This document shows, in pieces, positions 1 through 14,959 of a DNA stretch of 64,000 nucleotides. Numbering within the stretch: position 1 is the stretch's first letter; every line of letters begins with the position of its first letter. Below the pieces are notes generated by a model that was given only the letters and a program-made list of their open reading frames with translations, had not been told where the DNA came from and did not search any database. Source of the stretch: the human T2T-CHM13v2.0 reference genome, Homo sapiens; the NCBI RefSeq assembly GCF_009914755.1, contig NC_060925.1; one strand, 5' to 3'. Made by a program: the position numbers and the translations under genes.

Positions 1-2140
1 CTCTAGTCTTCCAAAAGACCAAATTCAAAGAGATTAAGAAAGAAGTTTGTCACTAAAGAGAATCTTCTTTGTCTAACCTAAGTAGTAAGAAAACAATTCA
101 AGCTACCCCATTCTCTTTTACCTCCTACAGGAATTGAGAAGAAATGGGACATGTAAGCTGCTCAGATTTTCTTGGTGCACATCCTGGATCTCTGTGTAAA
201 TATTTCCAGCATATATGACACAATTCAAAATATCAAATATTTATGTTTTTATACTTACTGTTAGAGTTCAGATTGAATGGTTACGTATGGAAGTTTTGTA
301 ATATTTGGCACCATTCTTGGATTTGATTAGTGTGGTTAAGTTAGTTGTCTATGATAGAAACCCGGGCTTCTATTAGTACTCTGTAAACCTAAATTCTTAG
401 ACTATCAAGATTGAACAAGGGATTTTAATAACTGGAAGAGGCAACACCTCCCTTTTTTAACAACACATCACCTCAAACCCATGTTAGGCCAAAAGAAGCT
501 TTCTTGGGTAAATATACCCTCTAAAGCTGAAAAAATACTCACTTTTTTAAAAAAGATACTCTTGTTGTTGTTAATTATTCAACCAAAAAGAAGAGGGATC
601 TGTAGTGGGTGGAGAAGACAGGAATTAGAGTACATCACAGCATTTGCTCAATAGCATTTCAAGTAATTCCGACTGCTCCCAGAGAGAAAGAAACACTCCC
701 TGCTGATAGCCAGGTTGCTTTGAATTTCTTTGCTGCCTTCTGTATTGTCTCATCTCCAGATTCTCTACTAAGTGGGGAGACCACATTAGGGTAAATCACA
801 GAAGCTACTGAACAGAAGAATCTGACCTAGAAATCAAATCCCTTCTACTTTATTCCCCATGAGAATTTTACCTAAAAAGTGGAAGAAAAATATATCTGTT
901 CAGCTGTGGCAGAACAATTTCTCTATTTATGAAGTTAGAATATTTTTTGTATTTAAACACATACCTCCTTCAAGTAAATATACCTCACAATTTTAGGGAA
1001 CCCTACTAAATGTTCTATTTTATTATCTTTCCCATCCATACATAATAGGTTGCTCTATGATCTCAAATTTCCATGGTCAGTCATTGAAAAATGAAACAAA
1101 ACAATGTTCTAGTGAATAATTATTTTATTTAATCTCTAGAGATATTTTCAGGCATTATTTCTCTGACAGTGAAGTATAGGTAAACTGTCAGAAACAGAGG
1201 TGAAAGACAGAAGGAAAGAAAGAAAGAGAGAGGGGGTAAAGATTACTACCATAAATAAATTATATTTTGGCTTTTTAAACTTAAATATATATAACGTAAA
1301 TAAAATCTATATATTATTTAAATTTAATGCTTTTGGTTTCTTGATGATCTATTAAATAGCAATATGACTCTAAACGCTGTTATCTGATACTTCAGCAGTC
1401 TTATATAGGGAAACAGTGTATTAAAAATATTACTTTAGTGTAAATATGTAGTGAGTTCATTAAAATGGCAAAAGAGCTGAGCCAAGAGGTAATTTTTCTT
1501 AACACATTCTGCCATCCCTAAGATTGATTTTTTTCATGTTTTAATTTTATAATCTATAATTTTAATTTCTTAAAGTAATATTAAACTGTAGAACATAATT
1601 TTATAAAAAGTATCAACCTTGTAATTATTGTGGATTCTGTATCATTGTCATTTCCACTACTCTGCCAGAAAAAACCTGGAAGATTTGTCCAAATTTTGTC
1701 TATTTAACTTCCAATTCTTATTGTTTCATAGATGTGTTTAATGAGATTAGAGCCTAGAAAATCCACATGTATCTTAGATGAAAGAATGGCCCACAACTGG
1801 AGTATTTTTATTTCTCTATGGAGGAAAAGAAATACATAACATAGGAATGTCCTGAAACATAGAAAACTATTTCAAAATGGTGAATATCCATGAACATGAC
1901 AACTCTTCCTTGCTCCTGTCACTTTATAAACATTGTTTTTTAAAAAAGGGTACATAAAATTAGCAACTGGATGCTAAAGCCTTTTGGTACTATCGAAATT
2001 TTCACTAAATTTCTAAAGATACTTTAAATGTCTCTATATTTCCCCACCTCTTGGATAAATTCATCATTAACTCTTCATTACTAAAAATATAAATTTTCAA
2101 TGAATCAAAGACACGGACTGAGTAAAGAAGAAATATTCCC

Positions 2141-2142
<2 letters not shown>

Positions 2143-2182
<40 letters not shown>

Positions 2183-2478
2183 GTATATATATATATACAT
2201 ATATATACTTTATATATGTATACTTTATATATGTGTATATATACACATATATATACTTTATATATATGTGTATATATATACACATATACTTTATATATAT
2301 AGTGTGTGTATATATATATATACATATATACTTTATATATATAAAGTGTGTGTATATATACATATATACTTTATATATATATAAAGTGTGTGTGTGTATA
2401 TATATATACTTTATATATATAAAGTGTGTATATATATATATACTTTATATATATATAAAGTGTGTATATATATACTTT
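2143..2478. repeat. Compound (TG)n microsatellite followed by TA-rich minisatellite with palindromic units
   Basis: (TG)n at 2144-2174, then repeated units of tatatatactttatatatataaagtgtg type. Confidence 0.95.
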
Positions 2479-2519
2479 AGAAACTAGAAATAGAATGTAA
2501 AGCAATGGACACTATAATT

Positions 2520-3015
2520 TTAAATTTATTTTCTTTTAAATTGGAAACAATAAAATTCCATATTTGTGATGTATAATTTTACCAATTTTGACAAAAGCAT
2601 AGAGTCATATATCTACCACCACAATCATGATACGTAACAGTTTAATTACCCTAAAAAATGATCTTGTGCTGCTCCTTTGTAGTTAACCTGTTTCCTCATC
2701 CTTAATCCAAAAATTAACTGATCTAATCTCAAAAACTATGGTTTTTGTAATTCACAAAAGTCATATATACAAAAGTTATTTTGAATAGCTTAATGGTTTT
2801 TAACACTAGTTTTTTTTCTTATAAAATATAATCCCTGTTAGTGTACATATCAATAGTTTAGTGCCTTTTATTTCTGAATATTTCTTTTCTGGGCTTCATG
2901 GATCTGTGCTTTGTGCCATTATTAATTTGTAAAATTCTTAGACCATATTATTCTAATATTCCTTTTGCTCTTCTCTCTTTCTGTTATCCTTCTGGAACTC
3001 CAAGTATAAGTATAC
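2520..3015 (-). mobile_element. Old L1M (L1MC/MD/ME-like) fragments: 3' end joined to an ORF1-region piece
   Basis: ttttgacaaaagcata...accaccacaatcatgatac...tgtgctgctcctttgtagttaacc resembles antisense L1M 3' end; 2880-3010 resembles antisense L1M ORF1 region. Confidence 0.6.
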
Positions 3016-4459
3016 TTGATAATTCAACATACAAACAATTATATTATATATAATGTTCAGATGTTTCAAATTCCTTAGGACTGTATTATTATAGCAGTCA
3101 AGAGAGTTCATATAGCCCTAGGGTAAGGCAGAAAACATATATTTTTGCTCTTATCATACACATACAAATCATTTCCGGTCCTTCTTTTTTATTAGGATTG
3201 GAAAAGTGCATTTGGCAGTTCAAAGGTACAGGCATTATATTGGAGGCTGTGTTAATCAACTCTGAGTAAATCTTCTCGTCTCTGACACTATAGCTAAAAT
3301 TGGGCTGCTAATTATCTGAATTAACCTACTGTAATCCTCATACCTAGTTTTTGCAGGTACAAGACTATTAAATAAATTTGGATGAGATAAGTGCAACTAC
3401 TCCTGATTCTTTCAGGTTTTTAAAGGAGGTATTCATCTATGCTCTTCTACCAGGGAGGTGACATTGTATTGTATTTACTAATTTTCTTCAGGCTACATGT
3501 ATGTGTGTGGAGATTGGGGTAGGAAGAGTGTCTTAGAAGTTTCCACTTGGCTTTTAATGCTGTGATAACTCTTACCCTATGGACCAAGGAACTAAGAAAT
3601 GTGTGGTTTCTATCAACTAACAAATGTATCTATTCCAATCATCTATTTAGGAACTAGAAAAATGGTGTGAGTAGACCAACAGACTTTCCTGTAAGCCAGA
3701 TATAAGGCAGGATTCCATTTATTACTTGATCTTATATGTCTTCACTATAAAAGAAGGTCTATGGTAATATGAGCCTGGATATCCATGACATCTCAGATTC
3801 TGTGCCAAATATTCTGAAAATGGTTAGGTGTTTACCTTTTCTTACATTACAGGTACCAGAGTAAATAGCCATAAGTCTCTGATGAATGAACATTGAAATA
3901 TTTATTGTAAATAATTCCTGTGGTGTTAGAAGGTCATACCTTCCCTTCGATGTAGTTCTAATAACTGACTCAGGTTTGACAACTGGGCAAGAGGTCATTA
4001 CTTGTTATTCAGGACATTACCATCAGTCCTGATGATAAATCCTTGTATTTTCACGTTTAAACCTTTTATTTGTAAGGATTGAGAAATATTACAGTTGGAC
4101 GTCACTCTGTCTTGCTTCTGTAATGCTATTTTCTAATAACTCCAAAATTCCATATATATGTTGTTACCTGATGTTAATTATTGATCTGGTGGCAGGGGAG
4201 GATGGTGAAAATAGATCCTGTACGCAATGCATGGCAGAAGCTTCTGCAACCTGTATAAGCAAGAGGGGGAAGTAGCTTTTAACAGGAAAAAAAAAGGGGG
4301 GCTTCTTTTGCAGACCTATAGATCTCAGGAGGATCGAGAATTTCAAGATTGTAAAGGGTACTGATTTCAGACAACCCCATCCAGAGATTTTGTTTGATAT
4401 TCTTTCCCAGTCAAGCAGTCAAGACTTTGACCTTGATGTAGCAGTCTGGTTAGTGTAGA

Positions 4460-4530
4460 AAATGCAAGAAATTTCTGTTACTTAGGCCACCCAGTGTGTA
4501 GTATGTTATTGCTGGAGCCCTAACAAACAC
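4460..4530 (+). mobile_element. MaLR MLT1 LTR 3' fragment
   Basis: aaatttctgttacttaggccacccagtgtgtagtatgttattgctggagccctaacaaac matches the typical MLT1 terminus. Confidence 0.65.
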
Positions 4531-4559
4531 AGAGGGAACCAATTGTGACTATTAATTTT

Positions 4560-5065
4560 CTACATTAGGATTCTTGGTTAGAAGTTGAAAAATTCATTTT
4601 ACCTACCTTAAAAACAGAATGCAACTTATAATCAAAGATTCAATAGTGTGTCAAGGAAGACAAGGGAACTGAGGTGGGACATTGTGAGTGAATAGGTTCT
4701 GGGAACAAATACACAGATACAGGGCTCCTTGAATCTCTTTGTCCACCTCTTCTGTTGTTTCATTATCTGTCTCTGCTAATCGGCTTCCTTTGAACTAATA
4801 GGCCCACATGGTGAGAAGCATGGCATCTAAATACCTCTGGGAAACAGAATCCCATCTCTCTCTTTCTTTCCCTCATTTGCTTTATAAATTTCAATTCCAG
4901 GAAAAGGGTTTTTGATTAAGCAAGTGCCCCTACCTCAGCTATTGAACTGTGCTCTGAGGTGTTGCCAGTAAGTCTTATGTATTACAGATTAAGAGAAAGG
5001 ACAGGTCTCCTTCAAAAAGGGAGACAGGAAGACTTTGGGTAATCTGCTAGATGTACACTACTTAT
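4560..5065 (-). mobile_element. Old MaLR LTR (MLT1J/K/L-like), degraded
   Basis: ttaggattcttggttagaag...aaaaattcatt resembles the antisense end of old MLT1. Confidence 0.4.
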
Positions 5066-7405
5066 ACTGTGTTTGGTTGAAAGATTTGAGTAGTCATTTT
5101 TTACTTATTCCAAGCACCAGTAACTTGAAAACTTTGAAGAATAAACCTTTAGAAGGCCATAGTAATAACAACAGTAATAATGCTATATCTATCTATCGTC
5201 TATCCATCCACCTAATTATGTTTATTCACTTCAGTGCACTTATGTTTGTGTCATCTAATTTTAATTCTAGCCAAAAACTGATGAAATCTTTAAAACAATT
5301 ATAATCATTAGGCTGGTGAAAAGACTGGGCTCATATACACACATATATGTCTCCAAAAGATCTGTTTAGAATGAGGCATTGTGAAGAATAAAGGTTTCAA
5401 GTATCTTACTCAAGTAATTAGCCCAGAAATAGTGGAACTGCACCGTATTAGGATTCTAGAGTCCTTGATTATGACACCAATCATGACAGTATTTATAAAA
5501 CTGTAACATCTGTCTTTATAAAATAATGTCTGTTTATGACTCTTTAAATCATTTCTTTTGGCATTCTCACTGACTCTTGTGTACCTTAACTTTTTTCATT
5601 TTGAAACATTAGTCGAGTTTATATTAAAACATATTATAAATTATCACCAATGGATGCTTTTATGCTATGATATCTTCACTGGAATTTTCTCATTTGTTTT
5701 ATGTTTAAACAATTTTGTGCCCGCATCAACTGGAGATAAACACATCTCTGTTAACTAATATTTTAGAGGCATTTGAATGTCATTTGAGTTTTTACTTATA
5801 AAACAAGAAAAGAATAGAAAACTCAACCCAAGTTCATGGAATATTTATATTCTCCATCTGCATGCCACTCATTGTGTAAACACAGAAATTGTCAAATGAA
5901 GCAGCAAAACATAGGGCCTTTATAAAGTGCTATTCCCTGCTGAGCAGATTCTTGGAAACACTGTGAGTCTTGCAAGAAATATGAAGGGAGTCTTCTTTGA
6001 AACAAGCATGATATTCCATGCTGAGACAAATCACACTCACAGGGTATATGAACATTGAAATTAGAATTACAAACCAGAAGCAAGAAACTCTAGCTAGAGA
6101 TTCTACATCCAAATAAATATGAAGAAAAATGTTAGTGTTTAGAAAAATGTAAAACACAAAATAAAGCAAATAGAACAACAACAACAACAAAAATACTAAG
6201 GGTTATATATTGTTATCACTTAAAAAAATAAAAGATATCCTGTTCTGACTATGTTGATAAGTGCACGCCTATAAAATGTGAATATTGAAGGTATAACAAT
6301 TGCAAACCTAATTAGATGAACCAGATGTGAATATGGTAAAAGCCATTTCAGGAAAAACTAGTTTCGGCATGCTGGCTGTTTAAACCTTCCTATCTCCTCT
6401 TTCTGAAGTGAATGTCAAATATAAACATCCTTAATATAAAAAAGTGTAGCTCATATCATTTTAGAGCATTTTTTGTTTATGGTCTCTGCATAGATTTGTA
6501 TGTTTTTAAGTGACTAAAGTTTTGTAAAATATTGTCTTCCCAGAGTTCTATGTAACTTGCAGTAATATTAAACCTACACACTCCTGCAAATGAAAGATGA
6601 AAAATAAGTGAATCATAAAAGCTTAAAAACTAATTATAACAAAATGGATTCCAAACAAAATTATCAAATTAGAAGATAAGTAGATATAATGATACATTTA
6701 TTTTTACCATAAAGCTTCTTCAAATAAGGAGTATAATTTTTTTCTATATTCTCCACAAATACATCAAACTTCAGTGTAACATATGGACTAAGTGGAACAA
6801 ATAAAATCTAAACATGTATCTAATATGTTATATGTGACAAAGCTGTGAGAAATTAATTCCAGTATTGTGATTTATCTGAGAAATTATGCAAATATTGCTC
6901 ATTATAATCAATTATTAGAAATGTCTAACTTATAACAAGGGCAAAAAATTGTGAAAAAATAATATAATTATGGTTTACACTTATGACATAAGCTAGGCAA
7001 CCAGGATACTTTATTTTCCTGTTTAATTGTATGGTATTACTTTAGGATTGTATGAATAAAGCAATAAAAAATAAGGTGCACTGGAAAATATTTCAGCTAC
7101 TAACTGAATATAAGAAACGTTTGTATACAATTTGAATGATTTAAAGGCATTACTATCAGAGTGTTTTAAATATAATAGAGTTTTATATAATCCAGGTCAA
7201 TCACAATAAATATTAAAATAATATGTAAGGTTACATAGTAAAAAAAACATTTCTTTATTGTTTCTTGAGAATTAATGTCTGTTCACTTATCCAATCTTTA
7301 CAGACTCTTTAACACAGAATTTCTTCTAGTGACTATGGGAAATAAGGTACAGCCTTGTCTTTGATGTACATATGGTAAAGTTAGAAAGATAATTTAAAAT
7401 TTTAA

Positions 7406-7704
7406 TTTTTGTTTTTTTAGAGACAGGGTCTCACTCTCTTACACAGATAAGAGTACAGCGGCGTGAACATGGCTCACTGGAGCCTCAACCTCCTGGACTC
7501 AACCGTTCTGCCTGCAGAGCCTCCCAAGTAGCTAGGACTATGGGTACACTCCATGCCTGGCCTTTTTTTTTTTTTTTTTTTCTGCAGAGATGAGGGGTCT
7601 CGCTGTGTTGCACAGGCTGGTCTCAAACTCCTGTCCTCAGGCATTCCCACTGTCTTAGCCACCCAAAGTGCTGGAATTATAGGCATGAGCCAGCAGGCCC
7701 AGCC
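7406..7704 (-). mobile_element. AluJ
   Basis: Dimeric antisense Alu; gagacagggtctcactc, catggctcactggagcctcaacctcctgg are J-type; highly diverged. Confidence 0.92.
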
Positions 7705-7964
7705 AATTTATACAATATAATGATGTTCTATGGATTGCTATGAATAAATGTTATCTTGAAATTATACAGTATTTAGGAAAGCATGTAAAGAGACAAAAGA
7801 GTATAGGTTGTGAGGGTAACATTTACAAAGATAGTGCAGTTGGTGAAATAAAGCATGAAAAAGGCATTGGGCATAAGCAAAATGGACTGGAAGAGAAGCG
7901 ATCTGGATAACACCAAAGATTATGTTAGACCAAAGTGTCATACACCTGAGAGGGAAGAAGAAAA

Positions 7965-8290
7965 GCAGCATGTGGTAATATAGAAGATATAATGGTTATT
8001 CACACAGGTTCTGAAAATGTATTTCCTGGTTTCAGATCAGGCTCTCCCTCTTACTGACATTGATTAGTCAGCTTAAACTCTATATGGTTTGGTTTTCTCC
8101 TGTATAAAATGGGGGTAATATTTTCTGTCTCATGGGATAGTTGTGAAGATTAAAGTTTATATATATACATATATATATGTTACATATATGTGTGCATATA
8201 TACACACTCATATATATACATATATATAAACATAAAATGCTTATACCACTAAGTGACATACTGTAATTATCTGGTAGTCTATAATAAATT
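7965..8290 (+). mobile_element. MIR interrupted by a (TA)-rich microsatellite (8158-8228)
   Basis: ttttctcctgtataaaatgggggtaata...atagttgtgaagattaaa is the MIR core; continues cataaaatgctta after the TA tract. Confidence 0.7.
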
Positions 8291-8308
8291 ATTAACATCG
8301 TTATTAAA

Positions 8309-8606
8309 TTATTTATTTATTTTGACACAGAGTTTCACTCTGTCTCCCAGGCTGGAGGGCAATGGTGCTATCTCAGCTCATTGCAACATCTGCCTCCTGG
8401 GTTCAAATGATTCTCCTGCTTTAGCCTCCTGAGTAGCTGGGATTACAGGCACCTGCCACCATGCACAGCTAATTTTTTTATATTTTTAGTAGAGATGGTG
8501 CTTCGCCATGTTGACCAGGCTGGTCTCGAACCCCTGACCTCAGGTGATCCACCAGCCTTGGCCTCCTAAAGTGCTGGGATTACAGGCATGAGCCACCATG
8601 CCCAGC
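8309..8606 (-). mobile_element. AluS (Sx/Sz-like)
   Basis: Full dimer with (TTTA)n tail and ctgacctcaggtgatcc. Confidence 0.93.
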
Positions 8607-8649
8607 TCGTATGCTATAACGAATTATTAAATATAATGTAGTTTGACGG

Positions 8650-9130
8650 AGGCAGAACTTCCTTTAATGGCAAAGTGAAGATATCTGTAAATTTTCTCCC
8701 CCATATTATTAACAAAAATTCTTAAAGAATTATCAAAGCCATTTTTTTTCAGATCTCCAAAAATTAACCAAAGTTTAAAACAATTTAAAAATGATTTATT
8801 CAAGAAAAAAGCTAAACTACAGTACAAACACAGGGATTTGTGATACTTAAACTTGGCCCACTACTGCTTTGCTCTTCCCAGCTCTGTGACAGCCTTGAAA
8901 ATTAGCAGTTTTATGACAAAAATAGTTATAAAAAGCATTAGCTTCAGAGCCATAGGCAAGGTTAGATGGGTTCAGAGTTCTCTAAAATACCTTTTAAATA
9001 TCTGGCCTATCACACAGTTCCTGAAAAATCTCTACTGAGAGAGCACTGTGATTATTTGACCTAATCCAGAGCTTGCTGAATAAGAAAAGCCTTACCCTCA
9101 GTGTGGTAGCTGAAAACAATCAGCTGCAGC
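8650..9130 (+). mobile_element. Old L1M 5' UTR fragment
   Basis: ttttcagatctccaaaaattaaccaaag...tttattcaagaaaaaagctaaac...cccagctctgtgacagccttgaaaa resembles L1M3/L1M4 5' end. Confidence 0.55.
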
Positions 9131-11247
9131 TTTTTTTTTTTTTAATTTCCACTTTTTAATGGTGTAAGATGATCAACTAGATATGGTCAGGAAACGCTTC
9201 TATTACTAAGAGGCAAGACCACCAAGAATACTGGCACAATCCAAACAGATCTTTGAAATCAAGGCATTGAGAGTCATCGAAGGGATGCAGATCCCAGATT
9301 CAAAGGGGAAGAAGCTGGGAACCCTACATGTGGTTGCCAAGCATGAGGGCTTGTTCCGGACCCTGAGCAGTTTCTGGGGATGTGGTGAGTGAAAGAGGTG
9401 TGGAGTGGCACATTCTTGCCATGGACCTTCAGAATCTTAGCTGCAGGAAACCCCATGACCCATATGAACACTTGAGTGGGTAGGGAGAACTGCCCAGAAA
9501 ATTGACAAGAGACAGAGCTCCAGCTTGAACAGAGCCAACAGAGCTGGGCGAAGGAACGACTGCAGTGGAGCATGGCCAAGGGCACCTATCCCTCAAAGAT
9601 TGCCATGCTCCTCTAGGTGGCTTTAGCATTTGTTGGATGCCAGACCTGCTCAGAGAAGGGCTATGTGGCCTGTGGGGTGGGGCCAATCTGATCCGAGTTC
9701 TCCCCATGTCTGCTGGCCTCTCCAAGGGTTCCTGCCTGGCTGCTTGTAGCAGTTTCGGCTGCCCAGAGGAAGCACTTGCCAGAGGCCACTACCATACCTC
9801 TTTCACCAGCAGACACCACCTAACATTTGAAGACCTTCTGCACAGGGGCCTCCACTGGCACACATGTGCATGCAGCCCTCTCCATGCTACTTTGCTAGTG
9901 TGAGCTCATGAGCTGTCACCACCACTGTCCCCCTGCTGACGTACACTCATGTGAGGAAATCTCTCCATCGTGCTGCTGCTTCACCAAGTGCATTTGTAGG
10001 CACATCTGATCAGAGTTTGTCACCAGTGGACTGGGAACACCTCGAACCTTTAGACACAGCAGATGTTTAACACGAAGGGGCAAGAGAAAAAGCCATAGGC
10101 ATGGGTTCCAGCTCCCGGAGTTAGAGCACACAGCCCAGGAGTGCTTAGCTGAGCCCAGGCTCCATCCAGATATAAAGCCATCAAGGAAACCCAATTTATA
10201 CCACAGTGAAACCCTCAGGGCATCAAAGAATACAAAAGCAAAAAGACTTATTCAAAGGACAGTAACATCAAATATTAAAGAAATATCAGGGCACACAGAT
10301 GAGAAAGGACCAATGCAAAACCTCTAGCATCTCTAAAAACCACAGTGCCTTCTTACCTCCAAACCATAGTCTCCCCAGCAATAGTTCTTAACCAGACTGA
10401 AATGGCCAAAAGGACAGACATAGAATTCAGGATCTGGATGGCAATGAAGATCATTGAGATTAAGAGGAAAATTAAAAGCCAATCCAAGGAATCTAAGGAA
10501 TTCAATAAAACAATACAAGAGATGAAAGATGAAATAGCCATTTTAAGAAAGAACCACACAATGATAGTGAGAGTACTGAGAGACTTCAACACCCCACTGA
10601 CAATGTTAGACTAACCATCAAAGCAGAAAATTAACAAAGATATTTGAGACCTAAACTTTGACACTTGGCCAAAGGGACCTAACAGAAATCTATAGAATAT
10701 TCTAACCAACATCAATGGAATATATATTTATTTCATCTGTGCATGACACATACTTTAAGATTCACCACACACTGGTCTATAAAGCAATTCTAAAACAAAC
10801 AAACAAATAAAAAAACCCAAATCAGAACAACCCAGATCATAGTGCAATAAAAATAGAAGTCAATGGCAGTAAGATCTCTCAAAACCATGCAACTAAACAG
10901 AAATTAACCTGTTCCTGAATGGCTTTTGAGTAAACGATGAATTTAAGGCAGAAATCAACAAATTCTTTGAAATTAATGAAAACAAACATACAACATACCA
11001 GAATCTCTGGGAGACAGGTAAAAAAGTGTTAGAAGGAAAGCTTATAGCACTAAATGCCTATATCGAAAAGTTAGAAATCTCAAATTAACAACTTAACATC
11101 ACACATAGAGAAACTAGAAAAATAAGAGGAAACCAAGCCCAAAGCTAGCAAAAGAAGTAACCAAAATCAGAGCTAAATGTAATGAAATTGATGGAAAAAT
11201 CCACATGAAACATCAATAAAACCAAAAGTTTATTATTTGAAAGAATA

Positions 11248-11550
11248 GGCCGGGCATGGTAGCTCAGGCGTGTAATCCCAGCACTTTGGGAGGCCAAGGC
11301 GGGCGGATCATGAGGTCAGGAGTTCAAGACCAGCATGACCAACATGGAGAAACCTCGTATCTACTAAAAAATACAAAAAATAGCAAGGCGTGGTGGGGTG
11401 CAACTGTAATCCCAGCTGCTCAGGAGGCTGAGGCAGAAGAATCGCTTGAACCCAGGAGGCGGAGGTTGCAGTGAGCGGAGAATACATCATTGCACTCCAG
11501 TCTGGGCAACAGAGCAAGACTCTGTCTCAGGAAAAAAAGAAAAAAAAAAA
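11248..11550 (+). mobile_element. AluS (Sg/Sx4-like)
   Basis: ggccgggc start, ggatcatgaggtcaggagttcaagaccagc, A tail; left TSD aaagaata 11240-11247. Confidence 0.93.
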
Positions 11551-11552
11551 GA

Positions 11553-11857
<305 letters not shown>

Positions 11858-14046
11858 TCACTAGGAGACTAATGAAGAAAAAGAGAGAGGCAAATCAAAT
11901 AAACACATCAGAAATAACAAAGGTAATTTTTATACTAATCACACAAAAATAAAAAAGTAAATCCTTAAAGACTCTTGTGAACATCATTTATGCACACAAT
12001 CCAGAAAACCTACAAGAAAAGGATAGATTCCTGGAAAAAAATACAGCCTCCCAAGACTGAACTATAAAGAAATTGAATACCTGAACAGAACAACAATGAC
12101 TTCCAAAAATGAAGAGGTAATAAAAAAGCATATCAAGGAGAAAAAACCTGGAACATACAGATTCACAGTTGAATTCTACCAGACATATAAACAATTGCTG
12201 ATACAAATCCTACTGAAAATCTTCTCCAAAAATCAATGAAGGAGGACTCCTTCCTAACTCATTCTATGAAGCCAGCGTCATTCAGGTGTAGAGAAACAAC
12301 ACAAACAAAACTTCAGGTCAATATCCTTGTTGAACATAGATGCAAAAATCCTCAACAAAGTACTAACAAATTGACTTCAGCAGCACATCAAAAAGCTAAT
12401 GCACCACATTCAAGTAGGTTTTATTCCTGGGATGCAAAGTTGGTTAAACATACGGAATAACAGTGGAAATCAATAAATGTGATTCAGCACATAAGCAGAA
12501 CAAACAACAACTACAACAAAAAACCCACAGAAACCACATGATCATTTCAATAGACTCAGAAAAGGCTTTTGATAAAAGTCAATATATCTTCGTGTTAAAA
12601 ATCCTCAACAAACTAGGCATCAAAGGAACCTACCTCAAATTAATAAGAGCCATCTATGACAAAACCACAGCCAACGTCATAATGAAGTGGCAAAAGCTGT
12701 ATTCATTCTCCCCAAGAACCAGAACAAGGTAAGCATCCCTACAGTCATCATTTCTATTCAACATAGTACTGGAAGTCCTACCCAGAGCAATTAAGCAAGG
12801 GAAAAAAATTAAAAAGCATCCAAATATGAGGACAGAAAGTCAGACTATCTCTCTTTGCATATGACATAATTCTATAGTTCTATAGCTAGAAAATCCCATA
12901 GTCTCTGCTCAAAGTTTTCTAGAACTGATAAACAACTTCAATAAAGTTTCAGGATACAAAGTCAATGTACAAAAATCAATAGCATTTCTACATATCTAAA
13001 ATGTCCAAGATGAGATTTAAATCAAGAACACAATCCCTTTCACAATAGCCACAAATAAATAATATATCTAGAAAGACAACTAACCAGGAGGTGAAAGATC
13101 TCTTCAATGAGAATTGCAAAACAAAGCAATCAAAGATGATACAAACAAATAGGAAAACATTCCATGCTCATGGATAGAAATCAACAATATTGTTGAAAAA
13201 GCCATACTGCTCAAAGCAACTTACAGATTCAATGCTATTCCTATCAAACTACCAACATTATTTTTCAAAGAATTAGAGAAAATGATTCTAAAGCATATGG
13301 AACACCAAAAGAGCCTAATAGCCAAAGCAATCATAAGCAAAAAGAACAAAGCCAGAGCCATTACACTACTCTAATTCAAACTATACCACAAGGCTACCAT
13401 AACCAAAACGCATGGTACTGCTATAAACACAGACATATAGACAAATGAAACAGGTTAGAGGACCAGAAATAATGTGTTACACCCATAGTCATCTGTTTTC
13501 TGACACAGTAAAAAATAACAAGCAATGGAGAAATAAATCCCTATATTAATAAATCATGCTGGAATAACTGGTCAGCCATATTCAGAAGATTGAAACTGGA
13601 ACCCTTACACTCACCATGTGAAATATTAACTCCAAGTGCATTTAAGTTTTCAATATAAGACATAAAACTATGAAAACCTTAGCAAAAACCCAAGGAAATA
13701 GCATTCTGGCTATAAATGTTGGCAAAGATTTCATGACAAAGACTTCAAAAGCAATTGCAATAAAAACAAAAATAGACACGTGGGACCTAATTAGACTAAA
13801 GAGCTTTTGCATAGCAAAAGAAACTATCAACAGAGTAAACAACATACATAAGAAGAGAAATTATTTGCAAACTATGATCTGACAAAGGTCTAATATCCAG
13901 AATCTATAAGGAACAAATCAATGTGCAAAGCACAAACAACCTTATTAAAAAATGGGCAAAGGATATAAATAGACTATTCTCAAAAGAAGGCATGCACATG
14001 GCCACCAAGCACAAAAAATGCTCAACATTACTAATTAGGAGCAAAT

Positions 14047-14959
<913 letters not shown>

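Noticed and set aside
2005-2487. Four overlapping 88-114 aa ORFs rich in Y/I/C/V/H/T
   Set aside because: Translations of the TG/TA microsatellite
9274-10194. Several 92-112 aa ORFs in a GC-richer block, resembling a promoter or exon
   Set aside because: Lies in the L1 5' UTR; no CpG island and no recognisable protein
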